NCBI GenBank assembly: GCA_025060975.1
Contig: JANZKA010000002.1
Location: 5,629-69,628 of the forward strand
DNA from: Candidatus Culexarchaeum nevadense
Lineage (GTDB): Archaea > Thermoproteota > Methanomethylicia > Culexarchaeales > Culexarchaeaceae
Length of the DNA stretch: 64,000 bases
Reading direction: 5' to 3'
The notes under the pieces were generated by a model. The model saw nothing but the letters and a program-made list of their open reading frames with translations. It had not been told where the DNA came from and ran no database searches. Below are positions 48,589-58,780 of this stretch, piece by piece. Position 1 is the stretch's first letter. Each line of letters opens with the position of its first letter. Made by a program: the position numbers and the translations under genes.

Positions 48589-49941
48589 TCAGATAGCTGT
48601 GAGATTCTTCCTTCTTTCTTCAATTATACTTTTAATATGATCTGGGTTTGGGGATCCGAGATTCTTCTTTAATTTAACATATTCTTGAACTCTTATGGGT
48701 ATGTTTGTATGTATTCCAAAATCCCTTTTTAGAATGTTTAATGCTTCTTGTATGTCGTTGTCTGATTCTCTTAATGCTTGAGCCATCATTTGATGAACTT
48801 TCCTATATGGAATTCCACACTTAACAGATATTAGTTCAGCGATTTCAGCTGCTATTACCGGATTATTCTCTACGTCTTGTCTCATTCTCCTATAGTTCAC
48901 TTTCATTCTACTTGTAGCATCTTCAATAACCTTTATTGAATCTTTAACTATTTTGGTTATGTTCCATAGGTGTTTCGTTACTTCTTGTAGGTCTAGATTG
49001 TATCCTGATGGTAACCCTTTAATTATCGTCATTATAGCTGTGTTTTCTCCTATTATTTCTCCAGCTTGTGCTCTTAGTATTTCCATGGTTACTGGGTTCT
49101 TCTTGTGGGGCATTATACTGCTTGTTGAGAGATGGCTTTCTGGGAGTTGTATGTAGTTGAATTGATTGGTTGACCATATTACAAGGTCTTCTGCTATTCT
49201 ACTTAGTGTTACTTGTAGTGCTGTTAGTATTGATGATGCAATCATAATGAAGCTCCTACTACCAGTAGCTCTAATAGTGTTTACTATGGTTTTACTCATT
49301 CCAAGCTTTTCAGCCATCCTATTCCTATCTATTGTTACTATGCTTCCGGATATTGCTCCTGCTCCTAGTGGGGATTCATCAACCACTTTGTTATTGATAT
49401 AGATTAGTAGGTCTTCATACCCTTCCATCTCTTCTTCTATGTATAGTAGGTAGTGTGCTAGTGTTGTTGGTTGTGCGGATTGTAGATGTGTGAAGCTTGG
49501 CATTATTGTATATACATGTTCTTCAGCTTTTTCCAGTAATGTTTTCCTGAATTTTCGTAGTTCTTTTATTATTTCGGAGATTTCCTTTTTCAAATGTAGT
49601 CTTATTGCTGTGGCTACATGGTCATTTCTGCTTTTTCCTAGACCTATCAGCTTGGCTTCTTCTCCAATTTCTTCTTCTAATGCAATTTCTATTGCTTCGT
49701 GTATGTCTTCTGCATAATCTTTAAATTTGAATATTTTGTTTGGGTTTCTCAAGATTTCATCTAGTGCTTTTACTATTTTGTCTCTTTGCTCTCTACTAAT
49801 TAATTTTTGTTCCATTAATTCTTCTAAATGCACCTTTAAGGCTGTAATTACTTCTGTTGTTATTTCAATATCTTCTTCCATTGAGCTTTCATATTTTATT
49901 AGCCATTCTTCATGTTTTCCTAGGAGTCCTCTTCTATACAT
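48589..49941 (-). CDS. argH: argininosuccinate lyase
   Basis: EDIH, GKSRNDHVAT, SFTHLQSAQP, SPLGAGA, SSIMPHKKNP, GYNLDLQE. Confidence 0.95.
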   Translation of the reverse strand: MYRRGLLGKHEEWLIKYESSMEEDIEITTEVITALKVHLEELMEQKLISREQRDKIVKALDEILRNPNKIFKFKDYAEDIHEAIEIALEEEIGEEAKLIGLGKSRNDHVATAIRLHLKKEISEIIKELRKFRKTLLEKAEEHVYTIMPSFTHLQSAQPTTLAHYLLYIEEEMEGYEDLLIYINNKVVDESPLGAGAISGSIVTIDRNRMAEKLGMSKTIVNTIRATGSRSFIMIASSILTALQVTLSRIAEDLVIWSTNQFNYIQLPESHLSTSSIMPHKKNPVTMEILRAQAGEIIGENTAIMTIIKGLPSGYNLDLQEVTKHLWNITKIVKDSIKVIEDATSRMKVNYRRMRQDVENNPVIAAEIAELISVKCGIPYRKVHQMMAQALRESDNDIQEALNILKRDFGIHTNIPIRVQEYVKLKKNLGSPNPDHIKSIIEERRKNLTAI

Positions 49942-49950
49942 TATTTTCCG

Positions 49951-51144
49951 TTAACCTCCATACATCTTTAACTTTCTATTTGCAATTACTGTTTGCATAC
50001 CCCAAATCTCTATGAACCCTTCAGCCATTTTCTGATTAAATATGCTCCAAGCTTCGTATGTTGCTAACTCCTTGTTGTATATGCTGTATTCCGATCTTCT
50101 GCCAACACAGATCATTCCACCTTTGTATAACTTCACTTTAACTTCCCCGTTTACCCTCTTTTGTGTCTCGTTTATGAAGGCTTCTAGAGCTTTTCTGAGG
50201 GGGTTCATCCATAATCCAGCGTATACTAGGTTTGTCCATTCATCGTCAACTAATCTTTTGAATTGTAGTTCTTGTGTTGTTAGAGTCATTTTTTCGAGGT
50301 CTTTGTGGGCTTCTATGGCTATTAATGCTGCTGGAGCTTCATAAACTTCCCTCGACTTTAACCCTACAACTCTGTCTTCTATGTGATCTATTCTTCCAAC
50401 ACCATGTTTTCCACCAATTTCATTTAGTTTCATTATTATTTCTTTCGGGTTCATGTGTTCACCATTTATCTTTGTGGGCATTCCATTGTTGAATGATATT
50501 TCTATGATTTCTGGGTTTTCAGGGGCTTTCTTGGGGTTTACTGTTATTTTGAATATTTCTTCTGGTGGTTCTTGGTATGGGTCTTCGAGAACTCCACATT
50601 CTATGCTTCTACCCCATAGGTTTTCGTCTATGCTGTATGGGCTTTCACTAATCTTTAATGGTAACATCTTCTTTTTGGCATATTCTATTTCCCAGTCTCT
50701 TGTTAACCCTAACTCTCTTACTGGAGCTATAACTTTTATGTTTGGGTTTATGGCTTTTATTGTTACATCAAATCTTATTTGATCATTTCCTTTACCTGTA
50801 CATCCATGTGCTACGGCGTCAGCCCCCTCCTTTTCCGCTATTTCCACGAGCTTCTTTGCTATTAGTGGTCTTGATATTGCACTTGATACTGGGTATTTCT
50901 GTTGGTATAATGCGTTTGCCTTTAATGCTGGTAGCACGTATTCATTTACGAATTCATCTCTAGCATCTATATTGTAATGCTTTATTGCACCAGTTTTTAA
51001 TGCTCTTTCCTCTACTTCCTCATAATCCTTTTCTTGTCCAAGATTTAATGTTAAAGTTATTACTTCAGCGTTGTACTTTTCTTGTAGTAATTTCAATATT
51101 ACTGTGGTGTCAAGTCCTCCTGAATATGCGAGTACAACTTTCAT
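49951..51144 (-). CDS. argG: argininosuccinate synthase
   Basis: LAYSGGLDT, HGCTGKGNDQIRF, YSIDENLWG, GLKSREVYEAP. Confidence 0.97.
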   Translation of the reverse strand: MKVVLAYSGGLDTTVILKLLQEKYNAEVITLTLNLGQEKDYEEVEERALKTGAIKHYNIDARDEFVNEYVLPALKANALYQQKYPVSSAISRPLIAKKLVEIAEKEGADAVAHGCTGKGNDQIRFDVTIKAINPNIKVIAPVRELGLTRDWEIEYAKKKMLPLKISESPYSIDENLWGRSIECGVLEDPYQEPPEEIFKITVNPKKAPENPEIIEISFNNGMPTKINGEHMNPKEIIMKLNEIGGKHGVGRIDHIEDRVVGLKSREVYEAPAALIAIEAHKDLEKMTLTTQELQFKRLVDDEWTNLVYAGLWMNPLRKALEAFINETQKRVNGEVKVKLYKGGMICVGRRSEYSIYNKELATYEAWSIFNQKMAEGFIEIWGMQTVIANRKLKMYGG

Positions 51145-51201
51145 TATGGTTCATTTTAGGAGGTTCATTCTGTATGCTTTATATGTTTTGTATCTTTTGA
51201 A

Positions 51202-51921
51202 TCATTTCAGTTCTTCTTGTGTTATATTTGTTGTTCTATTTCTATGCTTAATTATCATGTCTTCTACTATATTGTATGCTTTTTGAGCATCTTTTCTATC
51301 AACTATTAGTATGGTGTCTTCGTGGCATGATATTATTTGTGTTATGTTTATTCCATTCCAAGCTAGTTGGGTTGTTACATATGAAACAAATCCTGGTATT
51401 TCTATAACTTCTACTGGGCTCACTATTATTATGGCTGATTGATCATCTATTATCTTTTCCACGTTCTTTTCGCCGCCAACTTCCATTATAACTTCATCTA
51501 TGATCTTTTTATCGCAACTTATCGTGAAGGTTCTTGTGCCTTGTGTTAATTGGAAGAATCTTGATTTTGATGCTATCTTCATTAATTCTCCAAGTTTATC
51601 CACAAGTAGTGCTTGTTTAACGGTTACAACTACTATGTCGCTTTTCAATTCTACTGTGCTATTCTTCAGTAGCCAACTTATTCTCTCCTCTGTTAACTTC
51701 CATTTCCCGGATATTTCTTGTGAAAATCTTATTAGTGCAACTTTTATAGCTTCATTTCTAATCTTCTTTGTTTTTATCACATTTTCAATTTCACTCTTTA
51801 TTAGAGTTGCTAGTGATGAGTAGTTTATTATGTCCATTTTCATGCAGTCGATTATGCTTGGATGCTGTAATACAATGTTCTTCGTTACTTCAGCTATCGA
51901 TGGTGGACTGTCTCTTTGCAT
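51202..51921 (-). CDS. HTH-like plus tandem ACT-domain protein
   Basis: N-terminal INYSSLA..AIKVALIRF; C-terminal PGFVSYVTTQLAWNGINITQIISCHEDTILIV (ACT). Confidence 0.8.
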   Translation of the reverse strand: MQRDSPPSIAEVTKNIVLQHPSIIDCMKMDIINYSSLATLIKSEIENVIKTKKIRNEAIKVALIRFSQEISGKWKLTEERISWLLKNSTVELKSDIVVVTVKQALLVDKLGELMKIASKSRFFQLTQGTRTFTISCDKKIIDEVIMEVGGEKNVEKIIDDQSAIIIVSPVEVIEIPGFVSYVTTQLAWNGINITQIISCHEDTILIVDRKDAQKAYNIVEDMIIKHRNRTTNITQEELK

Positions 51922-51987
51922 TTTAGTTTTACCTCATTTGGTTACGTAGTTTGATTTGAAGTTTAATAAATGTTGTGTGGTTTACAT

Positions 51988-52299
51988 TCACCCTGGCAGT
52001 ATTGCTATTGCTTCAACATCCTCTTTTCCAGTCTTCTTTATCCCTTGCTTTGTGTTTGGTGGGATTAGTATTATGTCTCCAGGTTTTATTTCTTTTTCCC
52101 ATCCTTCGAAGATGACTTTCCCTTCTCCCTTCAAGACTACTATTATTTCTCCATGTGGGTGTGAGTGTGGATCTACTGTTCCCTCTATAACCACATATCT
52201 GACTATTGCTGGTATCCCTAATTCCATGTTTGCTAATGTTTTTCTTTTGCCATAATCTGTCTTCTCCCATTCAATTTCATCTATTCTTTTTACGCTCAA
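51988..52299 (-). CDS. cupin domain protein
   Basis: PHSHPHGEIIVVLKGEG, GDIILIPPN. Confidence 0.85.
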   Translation of the reverse strand: MSVKRIDEIEWEKTDYGKRKTLANMELGIPAIVRYVVIEGTVDPHSHPHGEIIVVLKGEGKVIFEGWEKEIKPGDIILIPPNTKQGIKKTGKEDVEAIAILPG

Positions 52300-52300
52300 C

Positions 52301-53509
52301 TTAATTCCCCCTAAACTCCCCTTTAACTTCTTCTAGTAAGTTTTTGTTTAGGAATAAGTCCATGGCACTTCCAACTAGAACTTTTGTTGATAGTATCGTT
52401 CTCTTCTTTCCTTCTTCAGTCATGGTTGCTTCTGCAAATTCTCTTGAGTGTCCGGGTATAATTTGATCTGTTATTGGTATGGATGCTGATATTGCGGGAA
52501 CTACCTGTGTTACATTTCCAAAATCTGTTGAAGCTACAGGTCCTCTCCTCAAGTATTCTTCCATTGGCATTACTTTGAATCCATGTTCTTCGAGGTTTTT
52601 ATCCACGATGTCTGCAAGTTTGTGGTATATCTTTTTCTCCCTGTAGAGTGGACCTACTTCTTCTATTTCGTATTTTGCTTCTGTCATTATTGCGGCTCCC
52701 TTTATGCAGTTGAAAACCTTTTCTTTAAGGATATTTAGGTAGTTTATGTCTGCTGCTCTTATGCCTATTCTTGCTTCAGCGTAATCTGGAATAACATTTG
52801 ATGCTTCTCCACCTTTAACTATTATTCCATGTATTCTTGCATCTCTCCTAATATGTTGCCTGAGGGCATCTATCCCCCTAAACATTATCATAACTGCATT
52901 TAATGCGTTTATCCCCATTTCTGGGTTTGCAGCTGCATGTGCTGTTCTCCCTCTAAATACTACTTTGAAGCCTTGTACTGCGAGGGCTTCTGTTCTTGTG
53001 GCTGCATATCTCCCTGTTGTTGGATGCATCATTAGAACTGCATCTATGTCTTTGAATACCCCTCTTTCAACCATGATTATCTTGCTTCCAGCATATGGCC
53101 CATTGCCTTCTTCAGCTGGGGTTCCTATGACCATTATTTCCCCCTCTATTTCTGGTAGAACTTTTGATATTGCTATTGCGGCTCCCACAGCTGTGGCTGC
53201 TATTACATTGTGACCGCATCCATGACCTATCCCAGGTAGTGCATCATATTCAGCTAGGAATGCTATTTTTGTTTTTTCGCTGAGGCCTGTGAATGAAGCT
53301 TTAAATGCTGTTTTCATTCCAAGTAGTTCCTTTTCAATTTTGAATCCATGTTTAGCTAGGATTTCTGTTAGGAGGCTGCATGCTTTATATTCTTCACTTC
53401 CAAGTTCTGGATTCATGTATAAGTATTCGCTTATGTAGAGTATTTCGTTGCTAAGTTTATCCACCCATGATAGTGCTTCTAACTTGTAATTTTTGTCGTT
53501 ATTGCCCAA
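52301..53509 (-). CDS. M20D family amidohydrolase/dipeptidase (PM20D2/HmrA-like)
   Basis: PELGSEE, AEYDALPGIGHGCGHN, GTPAEE, MMHP, STDFGNV. Confidence 0.9.
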   Translation of the reverse strand: MGNNDKNYKLEALSWVDKLSNEILYISEYLYMNPELGSEEYKACSLLTEILAKHGFKIEKELLGMKTAFKASFTGLSEKTKIAFLAEYDALPGIGHGCGHNVIAATAVGAAIAISKVLPEIEGEIMVIGTPAEEGNGPYAGSKIIMVERGVFKDIDAVLMMHPTTGRYAATRTEALAVQGFKVVFRGRTAHAAANPEMGINALNAVMIMFRGIDALRQHIRRDARIHGIIVKGGEASNVIPDYAEARIGIRAADINYLNILKEKVFNCIKGAAIMTEAKYEIEEVGPLYREKKIYHKLADIVDKNLEEHGFKVMPMEEYLRRGPVASTDFGNVTQVVPAISASIPITDQIIPGHSREFAEATMTEEGKKRTILSTKVLVGSAMDLFLNKNLLEEVKGEFRGN

Positions 53510-53616
53510 TTTGTTTTCACCTTACTATAGACTAATTGATGGTTTTACAACGTATTTAACGTTTATTGTGGGATGTGCATACACATTTATTTCCATTTGA
53601 ACATACGTTTATTGAT

Positions 53617-54288
53617 ATGTTAGTTGTGGTTTCCCCTGATGTTAGGAGTGCTTTTCCAGATATACGTTTATGTTCAGCTTTGATTAGAGGGTTACATATT
53701 GACGAATGTAATCCGTTTCTTGATTTAGAGGTTAAGAGGATTGAGGAGGATTTTAGACGTAGATTGCCTCTTGGTGCTCTTAAGGATTATGGTAATGTTA
53801 GAGCTTATAGGGATTTCTATTGGCGTATCGGTATAGATCCCACTAAGCAGAGGCCTGCTGCTGAAGCTTTGATTAGGAGGGTTTTGCAAGGGAAGTCTAT
53901 TCCAAGGATAAATGTGGCTGTTGACTCTATAAATTTGGCTTCGATGATGTTTGTTGTGTCTATAGCGGCATATGATTATGATAAGATTGTAGGTAAAGTT
54001 GTTTTGAGATGGTCTAGGGATGGTGAACTTTTCATGGGTATTGGCGATTTAGAGGCTAAACCTATTCCTAGACAACTGGTTTTAGCTGATGATGAGAAGA
54101 TAATTGGCTTGTATCCGCATAGGGATTCTGAGCTTTCTAAGATAACTCTATCCACTAAAAATGTTCTTCTCATATCATGTGGTGTACCTGGAGTTTCATT
54201 GGATTCCTTGCGTGATGCCATTATCTTTGCTTGGAAGCTTCTTGAAGATTATTGTGGAGGTAAATGTGTTTCCTTTGAGTGTATTTGA
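53617..54288 (+). CDS. stand-alone B3/4 (PheRS-editing-like) domain protein
   Basis: AYRDFYWRIGIDPTKQRPAAEALIRR, IPRIN.AVD..N, YD.DKI, YPHRDS. ORF track start is 53566; ATG 53617 is more plausible. Confidence 0.85.
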   Translation: MLVVVSPDVRSAFPDIRLCSALIRGLHIDECNPFLDLEVKRIEEDFRRRLPLGALKDYGNVRAYRDFYWRIGIDPTKQRPAAEALIRRVLQGKSIPRINVAVDSINLASMMFVVSIAAYDYDKIVGKVVLRWSRDGELFMGIGDLEAKPIPRQLVLADDEKIIGLYPHRDSELSKITLSTKNVLLISCGVPGVSLDSLRDAIIFAWKLLEDYCGGKCVSFECI

Positions 54289-55013
54289 CCTTTCTTCATC
54301 AAAAGCTCTTTGAGTATTGGTATGTTTAAAATCTTCTTTTCTTCCATTAAATCCCAGTATATTCCTTTAGGTTTATCCCTAATTCTATTCGTTTTTATGA
54401 TTCTCGTTGGGGTTATTATTATGTCTACTGGGACGTCATATGGTTCGACTTTGAAATCGTATTCCACAACTTGTATATCATGTACTGTTGTTACTACTGG
54501 TGTTTCCTCAGAAACTTTACCATATTCTCTTAGTAAACCCCATTCTATTTCTGAATATCCCTCCCCCTTTCCAATTCTATCTCCCTTCATGTTTACAGCT
54601 ACACTTCCAACGACTACCAAATTCACTTTTGGAATGTCTTTTGGATCTGTTTTCAATCCATATTGGAAGCTTCCCTTTATTGTGGATGCATAATCGTATA
54701 GTCTTTTATCTATTCTTTTAGGGTCTAGTGTTAGGAATCCTTCTGAAATTCTTGGTGTTGGCATTATGAGGGTTTTCCCATGTATTAGAGCGTATCTCCT
54801 AACAGGTTTTTGGGGTGAATCCGGATTTACTTTTACAACTTCAGCTTTCTTCCATAAGTCTAGTTGTATTAGTTTTTTTGCAGCTTCTTCTGCTCCTATG
54901 AAGTTTGGTATTCTCCCATATGCCCCTGGGAACGTTGCAATCTTGTTCTCCGTCATTTTCCTCCATATTTCATTCCTAATTTCTTCTTTTGTCATTTGTT
55001 TGTCTTTCCCCAT
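54249..55013 (-). CDS. 5-formyltetrahydrofolate cyclo-ligase paralog (MTHFSD/COG0212 type)
   Basis: GRIPNF.GA, KVNPDSPQ, PTPR, GSVAV...RIGKGEGY, TTVHDIQ, DVPVD.I.TP. Confidence 0.88.
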   Translation of the reverse strand: MGKDKQMTKEEIRNEIWRKMTENKIATFPGAYGRIPNFIGAEEAAKKLIQLDLWKKAEVVKVNPDSPQKPVRRYALIHGKTLIMPTPRISEGFLTLDPKRIDKRLYDYASTIKGSFQYGLKTDPKDIPKVNLVVVGSVAVNMKGDRIGKGEGYSEIEWGLLREYGKVSEETPVVTTVHDIQVVEYDFKVEPYDVPVDIIITPTRIIKTNRIRDKPKGIYWDLMEEKKILNIPILKELLMKKGQIHSKETHLPPQ

Positions 55014-55014
55014 T

Positions 55015-56808
55015 TCAGATTACCCTTAATGATAATTCCACAATTCTTATAGAGTTGTTTAATGCATCTAGAATCTTCTTCCTATCTCTAAGTATCTTTG
55101 TTTCCCATAATCTAATTTCATTTTCTCTACCTTTCAGCTCTAACAGTTTGTTTATGGATTTGTATAGTATTGGTATTGGTTTTCCAGTTAAGTAATATCC
55201 GTATGGATCATAATCGTATCTTCCAGCTTCTGTCATTATGATGTTTGATAGTTCATGGCTTATCCTTATTAGAGCTTTATTTACTATTTCAGCTCTAGTT
55301 TCAACTTTATCCGTGAACCCCCTCTTCTCACTTTCTTCTTCAATTTCTCTTGCAGCTTGCTCAAGTTTCTCCACTAACTTCAATAATGTTTCGCATCTCT
55401 CTATAGTGTCGTTTATACTGATATTCGTCAGCCCCCTAAGGGTTTCATCATACTTCTCTAGGTTGATCATTAATGTTTTTACAAGTTCCTTTTCATTGTA
55501 TGGTATTATTAGTTTATTGCATAATCTCAGTATCAGTTTTATGTAGAATTTCATGTGCATATCGTAGAGTTCTGGGTCTAATTTGTCTATGGTATCTGCT
55601 TCACTATGTATCCATGGACTTAAACTTGCATAATTTAGTTCTCTCAACTTTTCTTCAGTGTATTCTGTGCTGAATGATATGTATGGTACTCCAATTCCCA
55701 TGAAGGATTCATCTCCACCCATATATGGTTGCTTCCAAACTCCAGTTTTACCCCAAACTTCTTCAACTATTTTTAGTGCAAAATCTTTCAATTCAATAGA
55801 GCATCTAACTGTTGGTACTTCTGTTCCAACTATTCCGGGATTATCTATGTTTACGTATGCTATGCAGTTTTCATCTATTATGTTCCAGTATGTATCGACA
55901 AACCATGCGGATCCCGCTGCTTCAGCTATTTCATGTCCATCCCAGAATCCAAATACTATATTCCTCTTCAAGTCCCCCTTATGCTTAGCCATTACTCTGG
56001 CTATTTCCATCATCATTGCATTCCCACTTGAATTGCATATTGCAGTTTTACCCCAAGCTTCTAGGTGTCCTCCAACTATTATGAATTCCCTCCTCTCCAC
56101 GCTGAGATCGGCCATTGGTTGTACTGCTTTTACCCATAGGTTTTCTGAAGCGCCTCTAAGCCAAACCTTCACTTTCCCATGTTCTTTCAATAGTTTTTTA
56201 AGGTATTCTCCTGCTGCCCTCGTTATGCTTATGACTGTTATTTTCGGTATTTTTTCCCATCCTTCTGGTGTGGGGTTTCCCCATACTGATTTAACAGCCC
56301 CCTTCTGTATTACTGGGTTTTCTATGGAGCCCCAATTCATTATTACAAGTGCTTTTGCTCCTTGCTCGTATGCTATTCTGGCTTTTTCAGGTCTTGGTGG
56401 ACTCCAGCTCATTTCCACGAGTACTATCTTCCCATTGACATCTATTCCTTTATAGTCTTCATATCCTCCAGCTCCAGCATACACTAGTTCTCCACTTATT
56501 CCTTCAATTAGGGTTGATGTTATGTGTCCACATGGCTTTGCTTCTATGACTGTTTGTTCGGGTTCTATTACTTTCATTAATGCATCTTTTGGGTAGCTAT
56601 GGTATATTGGGAATCTGTCGATCCACGTTTTTAAACCGTACTCGGATAGTTTTTCGGTTATGTATTTTGCTGCTTTTTCAATTTCCATGCTTCCAGCAAT
56701 TCTTTCCCCAATTTCTTCAACTAGGAATTTTATATGTTCGAATGCCTTTTCTGTAGAAGCTTCTCTAATGATTTCTTCCTCTAGTTTCCTCATTTTTTCA
56801 TGCCACAT
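55015..56808 (-). CDS. M28-family peptidase with PA domain (atypical metal ligands)
   Basis: ERIAGS, PA domain (GELVYAG..GKIVL), GGHLEAW, CNSSG, WDGHE, NIDNPG, HSEADT. Confidence 0.8.
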   Translation of the reverse strand: MWHEKMRKLEEEIIREASTEKAFEHIKFLVEEIGERIAGSMEIEKAAKYITEKLSEYGLKTWIDRFPIYHSYPKDALMKVIEPEQTVIEAKPCGHITSTLIEGISGELVYAGAGGYEDYKGIDVNGKIVLVEMSWSPPRPEKARIAYEQGAKALVIMNWGSIENPVIQKGAVKSVWGNPTPEGWEKIPKITVISITRAAGEYLKKLLKEHGKVKVWLRGASENLWVKAVQPMADLSVERREFIIVGGHLEAWGKTAICNSSGNAMMMEIARVMAKHKGDLKRNIVFGFWDGHEIAEAAGSAWFVDTYWNIIDENCIAYVNIDNPGIVGTEVPTVRCSIELKDFALKIVEEVWGKTGVWKQPYMGGDESFMGIGVPYISFSTEYTEEKLRELNYASLSPWIHSEADTIDKLDPELYDMHMKFYIKLILRLCNKLIIPYNEKELVKTLMINLEKYDETLRGLTNISINDTIERCETLLKLVEKLEQAAREIEEESEKRGFTDKVETRAEIVNKALIRISHELSNIIMTEAGRYDYDPYGYYLTGKPIPILYKSINKLLELKGRENEIRLWETKILRDRKKILDALNNSIRIVELSLRVI

Positions 56809-56871
56809 ACGTATTACCTTTTATGAATAGTTTCATATAATGATTATCACATATGTTTATGTGGTGTTCTT

Positions 56872-58248
56872 GTGTCTCATCATGAATTGGTGAAAGCTAT
56901 AGATGAATCTTCTTCGGAAATAGTTTCCTTCCTTAGATCCATAATTAGGTTTAATACTGTTAATCCGCCTGGGAATGAGCTTCCTTTGGCTCAGTACATA
57001 TATGATTACATGTCCCGTGAGGGGGTGGACTGTGAGGTTATTGAGTCTGGGGATGGTAGGGGGAATGTGATTGCAAGACTCCCCGGTGAAGATGACTCTA
57101 AACGCCTCTTATACCTTTCGCATTTGGATGTAGTTCCAGCAGTTAATGCTTCACTTTGGAGTCATGACCCATTTTCTGGGGATGTTGAGGGGGATTGGAT
57201 ATATGGTAGAGGGGCATTGGATTGTAAGAGTCTTGTTACAGCTGAAGCTTTCTCCTTAATAATGCTTAAACGTTTAGGGGTTAAACCGAAGTACACTTTG
57301 ATTTTTGCTTCTACAGCTGATGAGGAGGCTGGTGGCTGGAGGGGGATTGGGTGGATTGTATCAAAATTCCCGGAGAAGGTTAAAGCTGATTATGTGATTA
57401 ATGAGGGGGGTGGCTTAGCTATTAGGGGGAGGGGTGGAAGAGTCATTTATCTTGTGGATGTATGTGAGAAGGGGTATTGTAATGTTAAGATTAGGATTTC
57501 AGGTAAGGGTGGACATTCTTCAACACCATATACAAATGGGAATGCATTATACTTGATGGGCTTAGCTATTAAGAGGCTTTATGAGTATAATCCTCCAATG
57601 TATAGGTTTAGCTTGGTGGAAGAGTCTGTTAAGAGAGTTTTTGAGGGATTAGCTGGACTTCCTGGATCTATAGTTGCACGAATGCTTTTTTCACCAATGC
57701 GTCCATTAGCTTTGAAGGTTATTTCAAGATTTAATCCTAACATTAATAGATTTCTTAAATCTTTAATGGGTTTAACTATTGCTCCAACAATTGCGAATAG
57801 TGGTGAGAAGGAGAATGTTATTCCAAGCTTAGCTGAACTGGTGGTTAATTGTAGACTTCTACCAGGTCAAGATGATAAGTATGTTTTATCTGTGATTAGG
57901 GATGCATTGTCTGGTATTGGTGGGTTTGAAGTTGAGATTTTAGGTTGGTTTCCAGCTTCCTATTCTGATATTGATTTGAAATTCTTTAATTCCATGGAGT
58001 CTACTTTAAAGCTGTTAATGCCAAATATTGATGTTAGATTAGCTCCATTTGTCATGCCTGGCTCTTCTGATAGTAGGTTTCTACGTAGTCTTGGAGCTAA
58101 AGTATACGGTTTTTCTCCTATGAATCCAAATCTTAATTATGGTGAGTTGATGAATCTAGCTCATGGAGTTAATGAGAAGATTGATGTTAATAGCTTATTG
58201 CTTTCCACGAAGTTTTTATCAGTTCTCCCATTAATCATGAATATCTAA
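56872..58248 (+). CDS. M20/M25/M40 metallohydrolase (ArgE/DapE-like)
   Basis: NPPGNE, SHLDVVP, GRGALDCK, ADEE, NEGG, GHSS, SDSRF, HGVNE. Confidence 0.9.
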   Translation: MSHHELVKAIDESSSEIVSFLRSIIRFNTVNPPGNELPLAQYIYDYMSREGVDCEVIESGDGRGNVIARLPGEDDSKRLLYLSHLDVVPAVNASLWSHDPFSGDVEGDWIYGRGALDCKSLVTAEAFSLIMLKRLGVKPKYTLIFASTADEEAGGWRGIGWIVSKFPEKVKADYVINEGGGLAIRGRGGRVIYLVDVCEKGYCNVKIRISGKGGHSSTPYTNGNALYLMGLAIKRLYEYNPPMYRFSLVEESVKRVFEGLAGLPGSIVARMLFSPMRPLALKVISRFNPNINRFLKSLMGLTIAPTIANSGEKENVIPSLAELVVNCRLLPGQDDKYVLSVIRDALSGIGGFEVEILGWFPASYSDIDLKFFNSMESTLKLLMPNIDVRLAPFVMPGSSDSRFLRSLGAKVYGFSPMNPNLNYGELMNLAHGVNEKIDVNSLLLSTKFLSVLPLIMNI

Positions 58249-58706
58249 TCTTCCTCCCCCATTACTTCCATTAGTATGCTTATCACGTCTTCAACGAATT
58301 TCATGCAAAGCTTCTCTTTCACTCTCTCCATCTTAAATCTCTCTCTATCTTCAGATCTACTCAACTTTAATCCTATGAGTTTCTCGCATTCTATCTCCCC
58401 ATTCCTATTCTTGAATTCCATTATCAGTTTTTGCACTTTCCCTATGCATTGTTCATATTTTTCAGTATCATTTGGGTTTAATCTACCATATATTAATCCA
58501 ATAATCATAACTCCCCCACTTATGGCTCCACACACATTCCCCATTCTGCCAATTCCCGCGGAGAATCCTGTGGCTATTTTTGGTATAATTTTTGTTTTGA
58601 TCTTTAAGTATTTGCTAATAGCTAGTATGATGGATTCTGAGCATGTGTATCCTAAAATCATATTACTTAACGCTTCTTTCGTAATCCTTTTCTCATGTTT
58701 TTTCAT
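58245..58706 (-). CDS. C_GCAxxG_C_C family putative redox protein
   Basis: YTCSES, GFSAGIG..CGAISG, IECEKL, LC. Confidence 0.85.
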   Translation of the reverse strand: MKKHEKRITKEALSNMILGYTCSESIILAISKYLKIKTKIIPKIATGFSAGIGRMGNVCGAISGGVMIIGLIYGRLNPNDTEKYEQCIGKVQKLIMEFKNRNGEIECEKLIGLKLSRSEDRERFKMERVKEKLCMKFVEDVISILMEVMGEED

Positions 58707-58780
58707 GATTTAATCCTCCATAATCCATGAGTAGTTAACTATAATTAGTTTTAAGAGGGTATAATTTTTTTGGATGTGTT

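Noticed and set aside
55658..56455. 265-aa plus-strand ORF and the many other antisense ORFs in the track
   Set aside because: They lie within clearly identified opposite-strand genes, are S/I/F/P-rich shadows of the coding frame, and show no motifs.
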